Of a DNA stretch of 64,000 bases, positions 1 through 14,500 are shown in pieces. The DNA lies in assembly GCF_000150275.1 (NCBI RefSeq), contig NW_002060946.1, forward strand, positions 4,297,454 through 4,361,453, given 5' to 3'. Both the position numbers and the translations under genes were made by a program. A model generated the notes under the pieces. That model worked only from the letters and a program-made list of their open reading frames with translations, was not told the DNA's origin and ran no database searches. The first letter of the stretch is position 1, and each line of letters begins with the position of its first letter. Source of the stretch: Trichoplax adhaerens. Taxonomy: Eukaryota; Animalia; Placozoa.

Positions 1-663
1 CGATATTCTACAATAGAGCAAGTATTGTACAATTTAAAAAAGAAAAAATCAAATTTTTAAGCTATTGCAGACTTAGATATATGCATGTTAATTACAATAG
101 TTAATCAATATTTTTGTTCAGAAGGTGTATTCAGCTGAGCCAAGAATCATAGCAAGAAATAATTTAATCTACAGTATATTGTATATGAAATTACTTAGAG
201 TATTTCGTATTGGAATCCACTGTAAGATTTTTAAAAGCAATAATCCATGAGTTACAAGGAAGTCAAAGAGTAGCATCACTTCGTTAAAATTTTGACATGT
301 AAATCGTACAATCATGGCTTGAAATATAATGAACTCCATCAATCTTAACGTACTATATAGGTCTGGTAACTTAAAACAGACGTATTCATATATCACTCCT
401 AAACTTACATGATAACAAAATGTATTAGGCAGATCTACTGTTTCTTAATTTACTGTACTGAATCACGAGTATATCACACAATAGACGCCAGCAGAAAGTT
501 ATTATAACAGAATCGATTTTCTTTACATGTATAATACATACCAAAAATGACAACTATAGTATATTAAAATGGTATCTTAGCGCAAATTTATCTTTCACCA
601 CGACTAATTAGTTTTCAGTAGATAAACATTTTTTAAGTTTTTAATAAGAGGGCCAAAATATAG

Positions 664-3600
664 CTATGCCTTCTTAATAAATGATGGATTAGAATGTTTG
701 ACAGAATTTTCGATGTCTATCATCGTTGGACCCATACATTGTATTCCAAAATGGCCAATTTGACCACAATTGTAACAAGAAATACGAGTTTCACTAGGCA
801 CTGGAGGTCTAGGAGTGGGAGGAAAATAAGGCCCATTATAGTAACCATTGGAAGTACCATTATGCAAAAAGAAGCTAGGCCCAAAATTTGTGTATGGTGG
901 AGGGTAAGCTTGACGGAGATCGTACCAATGTTTCATTGGGATAAATTCTGATTGGTAAGCATTGCCACGATAGTCTCGACCTCGGTGATTATATCCCGGA
1001 TAAGAAGCGTTCAGAGGAAAAGCGCATTTGTTATCAAAGTGACCAATAGGCGGTGGAATCATTGTATTAACTGGAGACGTCGGTATTCTGCCGTTTATAG
1101 CATACATAGAAGGTACAGCAGTATAGAAATACTGTTCATCCCCACTTGGAGGCCTATCATCAATTTCACTATCGCCGTTTCCAGATCCTACACTTTCCAT
1201 ACTTTGATTCTTCTTCACGGGCTTACTGTGATTGAATTAAAATACATCTTAAAGATTATGTTGTGATAACATCATTTTACTACCGATAATTGTATAACAC
1301 AAATACTTCGTAACAATAAATTTAGAAAATTGTATGTGACTTTGCTAGTTAATCTCATACTAGTATCAGAGCACAGCATGAGGTCATAGTCGTAGTACAT
1401 ACTTTTGATAATCTTTCTTGTTTTGAACTTTATTGGAATCACCACTTGTTAACTAGGTTAATTCAGGTAGATTGTATGGAAACAATAATGAAAATCGTAA
1501 TAAATTATTAGTAATAATTATTAGCGATGAGTAAAAGATTACCAATATTCTAAGTAGTCTTCCAAAATGTGTAAAATACTCGTATAAAAATCAAAGTATA
1601 TTGCATCAGTATACATATATACCCCTTTATGTATTACGGTGTCATTTTCCGACTCGCCATTAATATGTAACCCATCCAACCATTCCGTAACGTCTCTTCG
1701 GCGAATGCCATTACTAGATGATGAGTATGAGTCAATTGCTTTTTGCATCAGATCATTAATTTCAGCAGGTATAGTACCATCGTATGGTGCGTTTGTTCCA
1801 TCTGTACGATAACGAACGGACATAAAGCTATTTAAATTGATGCTTTTTGTAACATTTATATCGAAATGGCTTAAATTATATATATTATCTATACTATATA
1901 TTAATATACAGTATACTAATTATTAAGACACATTTAAAAGTTAATTTTACCAGTAGAGCTGTTAAAAAAGTTGCACACTAAATCGGAGGTAAGGATTTGG
2001 CGAGGCAACTGGGTAATTTGTCTTTGACGAATGATATAAAACCAATGGTAAATAATACAGTATTTTATCACATTAACTGTTATCTTTAGAGCTCGTATGA
2101 AGTATTTGAAATAAAATTATTAATTCATTTCATTGTCTATCATAAATGTAGCTTACTTCATATAGGCAGTAACGTCAGAGATGGGTAATACAACTGGCTT
2201 GATTGGCTTGGATGAATCTAAAAATAGAGTAAAACTTTTGATTAAAATTGATCATACAAGTATCATATTACTTTCTTGTAAATTATAGTTTTAGCAGATT
2301 CAAAGCGTTATTGAAAAATGAAAGGAACTTAATCGAGATTTTTATATATTCAGCACTGTCAAACGTAGTATAAAGAAATTGTGCAATTAAATTAAATTAT
2401 TCCTACTTAATGTTTGTAACACTACATTACCTGGTTTATTGAGATGTCCTAGATTAATATCACTTAAATTGTTGCTCTTTATGTAATCTTCAAGCTAAAA
2501 ATAACGAAAAATATAAACCAAACATTTTTATATGGACACTTTATTTTATCACTTAATCATAATTTTAATAATGATTACAATCACTAAAATGTTACAATCG
2601 TAAATTATGCTACTCTAAATTGGATCACATATAATTCTAAGTTGTCATATTGCCTAAAAACCTAAATCTATTGTACTAAAATAATTCACAACAAACCATT
2701 TATTATTATTTACCGCTAGTTCCTTTCATACCAAAATGCAGAGAGATACATTCAATTGATCATTTAGAGAGAATATTCACACTGTAACACTAACCTCTTG
2801 GTCAAATTTGAAAACATCTTCAGCAGACTTATACACAACATTGGTACGGTAGTTAGACCATGCCGCCTATGATGGTAGAAAATAATAGTAGAAATGTATT
2901 ATTCGTACAGAATTCTTCTTTAATCTTCCTTATGATATAAATTATACCGTACACAATTGACTGATCCTTTATCAAAACTAACTACTATAGCTAAGTCAAC
3001 TCAACAGAGGTAAGATTAATATTGATAATATTAAGCGTATTGCAACTATTGTATTTAGTTTAAGATTAACTCATTTGTATTTATATATTAGCTATAATTT
3101 TAGCCTAGTAAATTAAACAGGCAATATGAAAGAAAGAATAATAATAATAATTCAAGCAGAGTATACAAGCATGATACGTGTAATTATGTAGTGTAAAGTG
3201 AATTTTAGTTTAGATTAATTCTATACATTTAAAGTGATAATTTGAATTAACTAGGCAATTTTGAAAAAGAAAGATGAATAAATATAGCAAATGTAATATT
3301 CGAATTAATGATTTTCTTGACCAATTTAATTAATTAAATACTAATCCATGTTTAAAAGTACCTTCTAAAAAAATCAGTGCTAATATCAAACAATATAAAT
3401 TAGTATACAATAAGGTGTGAATAGATTGTAACTTAAACTATGGTCGAGTTTGCTTTAATTTTTCTTTTTCTTCCTTTCTTTCCTACTAATACATCCTATC
3501 TTATGTTAAAATCAATCTATCCCCAAGTTAATTAATTTATTTTTTCTCATAGACAATAGCATCAAACTAGTAAACAATAGCTTCAAAGTTATTTGACAAA

Positions 3601-6600
3601 ATGGCGTGCGTCGAGTTGCTAGCTATTGTTATGAAAATTTTGTAACAATTCTAGTATACTTCTAATCAGTTGTGATGGTGACAAAGGATAACAATATTAT
3701 AATTGGATATATTGTCTTACTTCTACTAATTTCTTGATTCAATATGATTTTAAAGTATAATTATTGACGTCATTGTTGTTGTTATTACCTTAATAAGATA
3801 TTGATGGTGGATTTCTTGATTACTATCGGATACTTCAGCAACCTCGATCGCAGTTAAGGCTGACATTTCTTTATTTTGTTGATTTGTGATTGCATCATCT
3901 TGATTATTAGTTGTTATACTACTATTATCTTGACTGGCTGAATTTTCACTGCTATCTTTACCACGATGGTCGTTGAATTTCTAAAATTATTTTACAATTA
4001 ATAAACAGAAAGAAATGTTTTAATTCAAGTATAATATTTTTTTCTTGCAGTAACGCCTACTTTTAGCTTCACTCAAGGTATATTAGTATTTTCTTCTATC
4101 AAGTAGGACTAGATTAGTTTTATATTATTATGAACATTCATCGTTAACCATTGATATTCGATATCAAGATGATTTTGCTGTCAGTTTATTGGAATTAATA
4201 AATAGCAACTATACGCGTAATGTACGCACAACTTGGTAGAAATACGGACTAGGATGTAATATTTCTGAAGTAGATGTTTTTATCTACTATGTACGATAGT
4301 GTACACGCGACTAGCAATAACGATAATCACTCATATACCGTAAATTCTATCCTACCAGATGTTCATTCCATGTTATGGATTAAATTAATAACAGCTCATC
4401 CTCGACCAAAATAAACGTTATGTAATATCCAAGCGCAAGCGAGTGAAATCTATCTTATAGATCTAAATTGGCACGTATTGTTATTTTTTTAGATAGGCTA
4501 TAACGGCACGTTTATGATCACTGATTAAAAAAATTATTATTAAAATATAATCCTCATCGATATTATGGATAGCTAAAAGTAATTTAAACAATGTCCGCAA
4601 TAGCATTAACATAGACAATATCGATACAGAAGACGACAAAAGAGGGTAGGTAATGATTTAAATGTCTCCATAGTCAGGATTACAAAATCTTGATGGAGAA
4701 AGTAAATCATAAAAAAATCATCTTTACTTCATAATGAATAGCGATAGATGCAAGAAAAATTAAATAAGGGCAATTGTTACAACGTAAATTTTAAAGAATA
4801 ACATGATTTTCTTCTCCATCTCTGCAAAAATACTGTACGCCAAAATAGAACAGCTCTTTGTTGAAAAGTATACAGTATATTAGATTAATAGGACTAATTT
4901 ACTGATCATATTATACTGTAGTTATAAAAAAAAGCCAATATTAACATTTCGACTATCGTGTTGGCGTATTACTGTACGTATAATAATTATTATTATTGGC
5001 TTTAGCGCTTATCAAATTTGATGACTCGACATCGTTTAAATCTTTTAATTTCAACTGATAAACGGCGACAGGTGATTGGATTGGTTTTGTGCAATTGTCT
5101 AGACATTTATCTGGTGGTATATAGCTGGCTTATCAGCTTTCATTTGTACTATAAAAGGATAAAGACATCCATCACAGCATGTCTTAGCATTGACGGAATA
5201 ACATGCCAACGATATACTTTACGGTAGATAGGCAAAAGATTGCTGTGCTGTATGTAGAACTTTATTATAGAGTTAAAAAAAAAGGTGTCATGTAGATCCA
5301 TTATACGTACTATTCGGTTATCTAGAATGGATTGATCAGGGACTAGGGATAGTTGTAACGCCGGTCTCGACATTTCTGTGAAGTGAGATGAGTGCTCCCT
5401 CCTCTTTTTAGTAATCCCTGGTTGTAATTTTTGGACCGATTCTGTATCTTTTTCTATCAATAACGCATATGGATATTGATAACAAACATCTTTACGACAT
5501 TTGATTATCAGTTTGTGGGTTATAGTTTTTACTATAAGTTTCATCAAATACCTTACGAACAGATGCAACGATGGTCAAACTACTGTATCGCTTTCTTTCA
5601 CAGCTTGAAGAAAGCGATTTTAGCACTCAATTACGTCGATTATATATTTATTATATTATTATCGTGGAAGCGATCCTCTTTTAGTTTTTCAAGTATTTGG
5701 ATCTAGTTATTGGTGGATAATAATAATTAAAGAGAAATACACTCTGACGAAATTGATTATTGCAAAGTACAGTAATATAAAATTACGAAAGAAAGAAAAG
5801 GGAGAAAAGTTAAGGTAAAGTAGAGTTCCGTATTGCATCCCGCAATTAAAATACGCCACTATTTGAATATCAATTTGTGATGGATGAAATTTTAGTTCCG
5901 TTTCAAAAACTGATGATAATGCAGCAGTTACATCAAGGATGAGCATCAATATTGGAGTATGTTCATAGTAAAGAAAAATATTTTTTTACAGTTAATAAGA
6001 ATTTATCATCTAATGAGATTGTAAATATAGAGTTTAGTAGCTGGGCTATGAATATCCTTCGTTTATAGAGATCCAATGTAACACTTGCCTTTTAATAAAG
6101 GCGTAGTAAACTTGGTCGATTAAGAAATGCTGATCAACAATAAGGAAGGATCGATACATAATTTAATTAAGAGAAAAGTACTTTTTAAAGCCTTTCGTGC
6201 CTGATGCGCGTATAATATACTTGTTTGGAGTGTCATTAGTACACTTTTGGATAAATTATGGTCCAATCCTTTTTCACTATATGCGAACGTATGTCTTAAT
6301 GTGGGTAGTAGGTACAGAAAGAGGAATAAATGGAGGATAAGTCTACATAGCAAATATGGTATCGAAAAAGCAAATGACGTCGATAACAAGGAATTGAAAT
6401 AGGACATTTTCTATATCAGGGAATATTGGCAAGCGCAAAAAATTGTAGATCATGTCGCAAAGTATCCATAACAATGTATTATAAAATATTGCTAGTGCCG
6501 TCCAACTTTTGCATCATCGTTATCCACTCTCTATCAATAAGTGGAGTAAAGCAAAGTAGGCAAAGTATAGATCGACAAAAAGTGAAGAAAAATGAATATT

Positions 6601-7397
6601 AAAAGTAAGAGGGTGTTTTATAAGCTATCGAGTGTCGATTGTATCAGTCATGAGAAAGATTTGGACAACGTCTGGGTAGGTGGTATGTACATAAGTGCGT
6701 ACTATATAGTGCAGTATCGTACTATGGCTGGCAGTCTGATGGTGGATTTGGCATCTACTTTTGCTAAGGGATTTTCAAAGTTACCCCATTTGAAATTGGT
6801 CCCTTTATTAATTATCGATTGACTTTTCGATAGCATGTCGTCCATAGTCATGGATATTATTAATTGGATCCATGAGGGGATTGAATTCAAGCTTACCTTA
6901 TAAAATTTTTTAAATTCATCCAAGCATTGGCGTAATGTCAATTGTTGATGAAATGTAAACGCCGGATGTTTGGATGCCATCATATAGATTAATAATATAT
7001 CATCAAGAAAATGATATGATTGATCTTGATAATTATGCTGTTGCTCGATAATAGACAGTTGCTGTAGCTGTTGACGATAATTAAACATTAAATTTTGATA
7101 GATAATTTGAGCACATTGGGTGTTGCAGCTTTTTAACATGGATAAGCATAAGCATAATTTACGTCGTATGCGTGCATCGTTTAAATCGGTTAAATTATAT
7201 AATTCAGATTTAGTATTGGCGCAGTTTTCATCGTGTGCTAAATAAGTCCGGTTGTGTCTTGACGAATCATCGGTTAATTGGCTTAAATATTGTAGCTCAT
7301 AGGGTAAGCAAGCATGTAATAAAGCAGCTAAAAGTTCAACTCTTCGAAATTGGTGTAATTCTTGGAACCATGATACGACATTCTCTTCTTGCAACAT
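664..7397 (-). CDS. ZCCHC14: ZCCHC14/ZCCHC2-like CCHC zinc-knuckle RNA-binding protein (9 exons, ~583 aa)
   Basis: Exons 6897-7397, 3789-3980, 2795-2866, 2431-2494, 2157-2217, 1951-2021, 1623-1801, 1403-1452, 664-1225; all GT-AG with consistent phases (1752 nt). N-terminus VVSWFQELHQFRRVELLAALLHACLPYEL...RRKLCLCLSML...HPAFTFHQ matches the ZCCHC2/14 N-terminal domain. PX-like middle (YLIK-AAWSNY...LPRQILTSDLVCNFF). C-terminal knuckle SCYNCGQIGHFGIQC. Likely co-ortholog of both vertebrate paralogs. Confidence 0.88.
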
Positions 7398-7744
7398 TCT
7401 CCTAATGACGTCGTCCAATCGATCAATTCAGTAATTAATTATTGTTGTAATCGATGACTGTGTCAATCCGTTGCCACTCTCTCTCTCTTGAATAAGTCAA
7501 CTTTAAAATGATAGTATCCACCAATACAATAAAAGGCTCAAAATGACTTTACTGTTGCTATCTGATTTCCTATTTTACGATGAAGATTTTCCAATTTTGA
7601 ATATCCTTGGTGACGATGATTTAATCTGGATAATACTAACGTAGTTCATCAATTGCACTCCTACTTGTATTGTGGTCGAGTTCGTCTATGTCCAACTGGA
7701 GCACGTCATTGGACTCATTCTATATCCAAGTGAAATTTTGCACC

Positions 7745-8440
7745 TACTGTAGTACTACTGTAAGAGCTGAAGGGCCTGTTGTAAGCATCTCACAGCATTC
7801 TGAAGTTTTCTAGTCTAAACGCTTTAAGCCTACTGCCTATAGTGTGTTATGACAGTACTCGACTACAGTCTCTATACTGTACGATACTGTACTAAGCACT
7901 GTAACCGCACGGATTGGATACTGTAGTGAAAATAGCCGCAGACAGCCTACAAGTTTCTAATCGCCATTTCTATATTAATAATTGTTATACAATCGACTGC
8001 CCTTTTATAAACGGTTAATTTTCAAGTGCAGCTCGGTGCACTGCATGTGAAAGTTTCACTGTCAAAATAGACAGGAAAATGATTTCAAGTGTACCAATGA
8101 ATTCGCTTCCATTTCCTAAAAAGACTCGATGAGATCATTTGTTTATTTTTTCAAATGTTCAATCTTGATTCCGCACTGTACAGTACAGTACAGTACTGAC
8201 TCAGTCTGCAGTCGACTCTACACTCGACAGTATGCCATCAAACTTCAAACTTACCTAAATTTACAACTCTTATTACAAGTCTTTGCTTGCATTGAATCTC
8301 GTAGTGTACCGTCTGTCCGCGCGTTACCGTCCGTGCCTGACTCGATTTTCTACCCGACAAACGTAAAAGTACCCTGCAGCGGATACCAAGAGGCTTCGCT
8401 TTATGCTTGCGAGCGTACAGTATGTACAGTACAGTACTAC
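7745..8440. promoter_or_regulatory. Divergent promoter region (ZCCHC14-like / rhodanese) with TACTG/CAGTA repeats
   Basis: Clusters such as ctactgtagtactactg (~7745), ctgtacagtacagtacagtactg (~8177) and gtacagtatgtacagtacagtac (~8415) lie between two head-to-head start codons. TSS positions cannot be determined from sequence. Confidence 0.5.
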
Positions 8441-9633
8441 ACTTCCAAAAAAAAAAAAAAATGAAACCATAATAGAAGGCATTTTATATGTACTATATAT
8501 TCATTTCTTCGATGCATAGTAAGTCATCAAAAAGTATACATAGCCATTATGCCACGGCCTTGTCGAGTTTTTTAACATTTCGTCAAGGCTGCCAATATAC
8601 TGTACACTATATTGTATGGCTTAGAGTGACGACATACCAGTAAGGAAACAGATCGCTTTAACTCGATAGTGATTTGTGTCGACATCTGGTTACACTATTA
8701 TTTTATAGTACTGTACGGTACTGTATGTACACGCAGTAGAACACGTTCATCTATGAAGGTTGCAGTAGTGCTTAACTGTTTGTTATGGTCAAATCACTGT
8801 GACCCGCATTATCGACAGTACTGCATAGTCAGGGACTTGTAAAGCCAATATTAATTTGAATTTAAGGTTCGTCGTTCAATACTGTACAGTATGTCTTCGA
8901 GTTTTTGCTAATTATTATTTACTTTCTTTAACTTAAGCAAGGATCGTAACTTCTCTATTAGCTAATATTTGATTCTACTGTACAGTAATTATACTTGTAC
9001 GTCATTAATCTGGATTACTCAGTGTGAAACTTCGACTAGAAATCAAATTCAATCGATCTGCGCTGCTTAAAGTGAATCAATCTACGAGTACATCTGGTAT
9101 AAATAATTACACCAATTAATCACAATCGCAATGGAACATTAATAAGCCAATGTAAGAACTAACTTTACTCGTCTTCTACAATAAACTTCCGGATTGAACT
9201 TTAACGATCACCTTTTTCGACCTCTCTACCTACTGAATAATACACTGTCTTGTAAGTTTTTCTTAACTCACAACAATACAAACGATGATATGGCTTTAGT
9301 GCGTAAAGACATATTGTGCGATGAACTTGCTGTTTACCACTATACTTTAATTACTTTTAAAGGTTTCATTTTACTGGTTCTAGGTAGGAGTATTTACAGC
9401 TCATCCTGATGCTAATTTCCAGTGGATAATCAACGAAATACAATTACTTACAATCAACAATCGAATAACGACAGCCTATATAATAGTGTATATATACGCA
9501 TACTCTAGTAAAATCGATATTCAACGGAATAGAATTGCTTACAAGCGACAGCTCTGAAACTGTCAAGCTTGGGCAATACAAGTTGTACAGTAAACGTGTA
9601 GTCAATTGAATCGGTGTCATCTACTAGAAAATA

Positions 9634-10644
9634 ATGGCCTCCATGTTTGTGGTGCAAGGTGGTATTCAGCTTCGATTTCCTTCTGTTAAGCATATTACAA
9701 CTGAACAGCTCTATTCGTGGCTGCAAACACAAAGTCATTCTAATATGAATGTTATGTTATTGGTTAGAATGTCAAAATAACCAAAAGTATACAACTCAAT
9801 TCAGTTATCTTATTAGAGTAAATGATGACAGCAACATTTGTATTCCAGGATATCAGAGAAGAAAAGGAGTACGATATCAGTCATATTGTAGATGCAAAGC
9901 GGGCGGAATTAGAAATTACTGATTTTCAACAAATTCATAAAGAAATTGAAGGTAATTAAGATTTATACCTATTAGCTCATATTTAGGCGATTATTGTAAA
10001 AGTAACAACTTTTAAGTCATCATAGTTTCCGCATTACGTCACTAATAACAATATACTAGCACGTTTAGTAAGTAATTGATACGTTTTAGAACTTATTAGA
10101 AAATAATAGCTATTTATTGTAAAATCATTGGATAAACTCAGCGTTCATGATAGCTGCGATAATTTTATCTCTCTGTAGTTTGTAAGCATTTTACATTGCG
10201 ATGGTTGCTCTCCCTTAAAACAAAGTTGTAAGCGTTTGATGCAAAATGCAATACGAGTAATACAATATAGTGTATACCTACCTAGCTACGGTAATGAAAC
10301 CTGTTTTGCAGGATCACTATGAGTCTTACATATTCTATTTTCTGATGAAAGTTATAGCCTCAAATAACGAAAATTATGCAGTTGTAGCCTATTGCTCGGT
10401 TGGTTATAGATCGTCTGCATTCGTGGACAAGCTACAACGATACATTTCAAATACTCAAGATGAAAAAAAGTATAATATCTACAATTTAGAAGGTAGTATT
10501 TTCAAGTGGGCAAACGAAGGGCGAAAGATGGTCAATAAATTTAATGATTTTACAATATACGTTCATCCATATAATTTGATATGGGGTAAGCTGGTTTCTA
10601 GTGAGCTTAGAAAATATAGTTTAGAGTCAAAGACTTTGAGTTAG
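9634..10644 (+). CDS. Single-domain rhodanese-like sulfurtransferase (3 exons, ~172 aa)
   Basis: Exons 9634-9762, 9849-9951, 10358-10644. Motifs LLDIREEKEYDISHI, active-site loop VAYCSVGYRS, NLEGSIFKWANEG, VHPYNLIWG. Confidence 0.9.
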
Positions 10645-11545
10645 TAAGTAATGGATAAAGGTAATGGAGTAAATGTGACAATATGTCATGGGCAATGTTT
10701 ATAGCTGTTACTATACGCGTATATCTTAAACATTCGAGTTAAATAATTAATTTACGTTTAGGTATCAATCTCAAATTACCAAATGTAATCAATAAGAAAA
10801 TTTTGGTAATGAAATTACTACATTATAACTTAATTCTAATAACTTGCAGTATACTTATATGCTTATAATACTGCACATTTGTTATTAAGCATATAATTTC
10901 AAATAAAGCGAATCAATATGTATCTATACATTAAAACAGTTTGTCCGTGTGTGTGTGAGTACTTTCCAGTACCTACTGAAGTACAGTACGCGAGTATTAC
11001 GAGTAAGTAAGGGATCTGATAGCAAAATATTGATCTAGATTAGAGTAATAGTACTGTATGCACAAAAAGTAAAGTAAAATCTATAAATCAGTTAAAACGT
11101 ATAATCTTATGCTGTGTTCAATACTACCATTTTGGCGGTGCATGCTTGAAAAAATTTATTGCTTCATACTATATCTGCATGCGTGATTTCTCTAAATCCT
11201 TTCAGAAATCATGAAATAACACATCATTGATTCTAAAGCCTCCAAGTGTAAGAGATTTACTCCAGAAATTGTTACAGCCATAAACTGCCATAATATTCAG
11301 CCCATTATTGAAGCTGAATGTGTACAACATTTATTCGGGAGTTATTTAATGCAATTATTTCCGTTAAATGTATTCGGGAATTCTTACAGAAAGACTAAAT
11401 TTAAAATTAAAATTATTCAAAATAATCTAATCTGCTTATTACCTATACCCGTATTAAGCGTAAGAAAGACGAAAGTTATATTTATAACATCAGACTACTA
11501 CGAGCCAAGCATAAATTTATACGATACAGTAACGCTTAAGACAAC

Positions 11546-14500
11546 TCAGTTCGTAGCACATTGTACACCGGGGCCTCCCCGTTCATGTTCATCGTCACTA
11601 TCTTCATGACCATAATAACCGGAATTAGACTCTGGATCTATATCAATAAGATCCACCTCTTCATGTTCATCACTAAGCTTTGGCAATTTAGAACGAGGAG
11701 GCAATAAACTTTCCAACGTCTAAAAACCAACAGTTAGGAAGTAAACGCCGCAATTAATAACGAACGATATAGATTGATATATACGTTATATATATATGCC
11801 ATGCAGTCTATTCCCTATGTTTTACCTTAAGATTCTTTGCCGAGATTTCATTATCTTTGGGAAATTCGAGAGTAAATTTAATATACAAGTTACCCCTATC
11901 GAAGGCTCTTTTAGGATGTGGCATCCCTTCGTTTACTACACCTCTTACACAACCTATTATGCGAAGAAAAGCAATACACGAATCGTTATATATGTATGTA
12001 CTCTAAGGGAGGGAAACTTGTTCTCCTAAAGAGAACAGTATAGAAGACCATATACCTGGTTCAATGACTTGACCTTTATTATGGCTAATCAGTAACTGGC
12101 GCCCATCAAGATGCTTAATTACCAATTGGAAGCCGCAAAGAGCTTCACATAATTTGATCTTATGTTCCATCAGTAGATCATTACCATGACGTTGAAAGAT
12201 TTCATGTTCTTTTTGTTGTAAAATAATAATTACATCTCCAGGCTCTAAACCAGGCTATAGAATAATTGGCAATTTAAAAATTGAAAACTTACTAAATCAC
12301 AAATATGAATTCTTTTTTAACTTACAGTTTGATCACCTTCACCATGAAACGTAATTTTTTGTTCGTGCCTCATGCCTCTATCGATATGTACCTACCAAGA
12401 AATTTTTAGTCTCGATGATTAAAGACCCACTTAGTCATTGAGTTAAAGAAAGAAATTAAAAAAAATCAATCATTTACCTCAAGTATTTTCGTTTCCTTAA
12501 TAACTTTTTTGCCCTTACACTTAGGGCACCTATCTTTTTCTTTGATTGTTTCCCCTTATTAGTAAATCAAATTAAAAAAGTAAGGTAAATTTTACACTTT
12601 TCTTTGAGCTATCGCTAAATGAGACGTACCTTCCCCATGACATTCTGGGCATGTAGTTTGTAACTGTTGTACAAGTCCTGGGCCTAACTGACGCAGAGTA
12701 ACTTTGACTCCTCTCCCATTACAGTCGCTACAAGTCTGCACTTTTCCAGATTTTCCACCATTACTGAAACAACAAAACAATACATATTGAATTAAAAATG
12801 AAATTATCAACAAGTTACTTGAGAAAGCTTGATGATTTACCCGTCACATTGGCTACAGATGACATTTTTTGTCATTTGAAGTTTGGTATCTTTTCCATTA
12901 TATAGATCTTCCAAAGTAACTCTAAAATTAAATAGAATCAAAGTAAAGTGAAGTGACAATAATATAGACCGCTTATAGATTAGACAACAGACTTGATTCA
13001 TTTGATGATACTGCAAAAGCAATTACCTCAACGGATGCACAGTATCTTCTCCTCTTCGTGCACGACGTCTTCCACCTTCAAATATAAATATCAGTATGAA
13101 TAACAGGCGCAATAAGCGTAAATGAATCGATTCGTATATGCTTTTAAAACTCTATTAACTACGACAATTTTGTATTTATTACCGCCTCCAAAAAGACCTC
13201 CACCAAATATATGAGAGAAAATATCTTCTCCAAATGATCCTTAACAAATAAAAATAGAAAAAGTAAATTTCAGATAAAGGTCGATGCTAAGAATTAATGA
13301 AATAAGCATTTTACATCAAAAAATGCAATTCCATCACACGGTACCTCCATCTCGGCCGCCTTCTTGCAAACCTTTCTGACCATAGCGGTCATATATATTA
13401 CGCTTATCTTTATTTGATAATATTTCGTAGGCAAAGCTGATTTCTTTAAACTTTGTTTTTTAAATAAAATATACATTTTTGTTCAAACAAGCTTTACGAT
13501 ACTGTCCTAAGCTGTACAATTTTCAACAATTAAACTATGCATCTTAGCAAATAAATTTCCAGGTAAACGCTATTCCATAAAATACCTTGTCCCCAGCATC
13601 AGGGTTCTTGTCCGGATGGTATTCCTTGGCTAATTTTCGATAGGCCTAACATAAATGATACACGATTACTAAGGCATGTACAGTATTACCTAATTAGGAT
13701 TAAATATTACTACTTCTGTTCCCGTAAATCATTAATGTCATAAAGTGGACAGTAGAAAGGCATAACCAGCTATAGCTTATAGACCATTTGTACTCCAATC
13801 GAGATGCGCATTTTGAAATATGGTCAAGGTTAACCTTAAGCAAGTAAATCGGCTACTGCATATACAAATACACGTGAATTAAGATATTTTACGAATTTAA
13901 AGGCAGATTAATCACAATTACTGCCAGGACTTAATAGAGTAAATATGCTCGTGACATATATACCTTAAATAAGTTCCTTAATAATAGCTCCATAATGCGC
14001 AATTACTGAATTTCATAGCAAGTGCTAAAATTTACATTAAAGCGTTTAAGATACGCACTATATACTAACAACCAAAAATATAATTTGCTGGAGGCACTAA
14101 CGAGAATTAGAACTCGCGATGAGTAAGAATACGTATTGCAGTTACACCTAGTTACAGCGGTTCAAGGAAGAAGTAAGCAACGTGATAACCTCAATTTTCT
14201 GATGGAAAATGCGCACGCGATTGTTGTTACAGGTGTGGCTAGTACGCTACCGTGAGCAAATATAGTATATCCACATTGGTTACTAGGCTATTTACAGATT
14301 CACTGTAACCCTGCAGCCAAGTTGTTGTTACTACATGCAGTTAAGTTAGCATAAAATAAATTGATAAGCCGGCATGCATTGATTAATCCGATTCGTATCT
14401 GTAGCAATGAAAAGGTTGCACTCGTTCACTGCTTCATCAATAGGTATATGCAATGCTATTCAAGTTAAGGAGTAACTTCAGCGACTACTGTACTCTTTCT

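Noticed and set aside
694-1266. Plus-strand ORFs 694-951 and 952-1266 (similarly 6592-6822, 40494-41127, 53912-54133)
   Set aside because: Antisense shadows of real exons, with no recognisable motifs.
5149-5568. 139-aa intronic ORF
   Set aside because: No domain recognised, not needed for the host gene's frame, no transposase or RT motifs.
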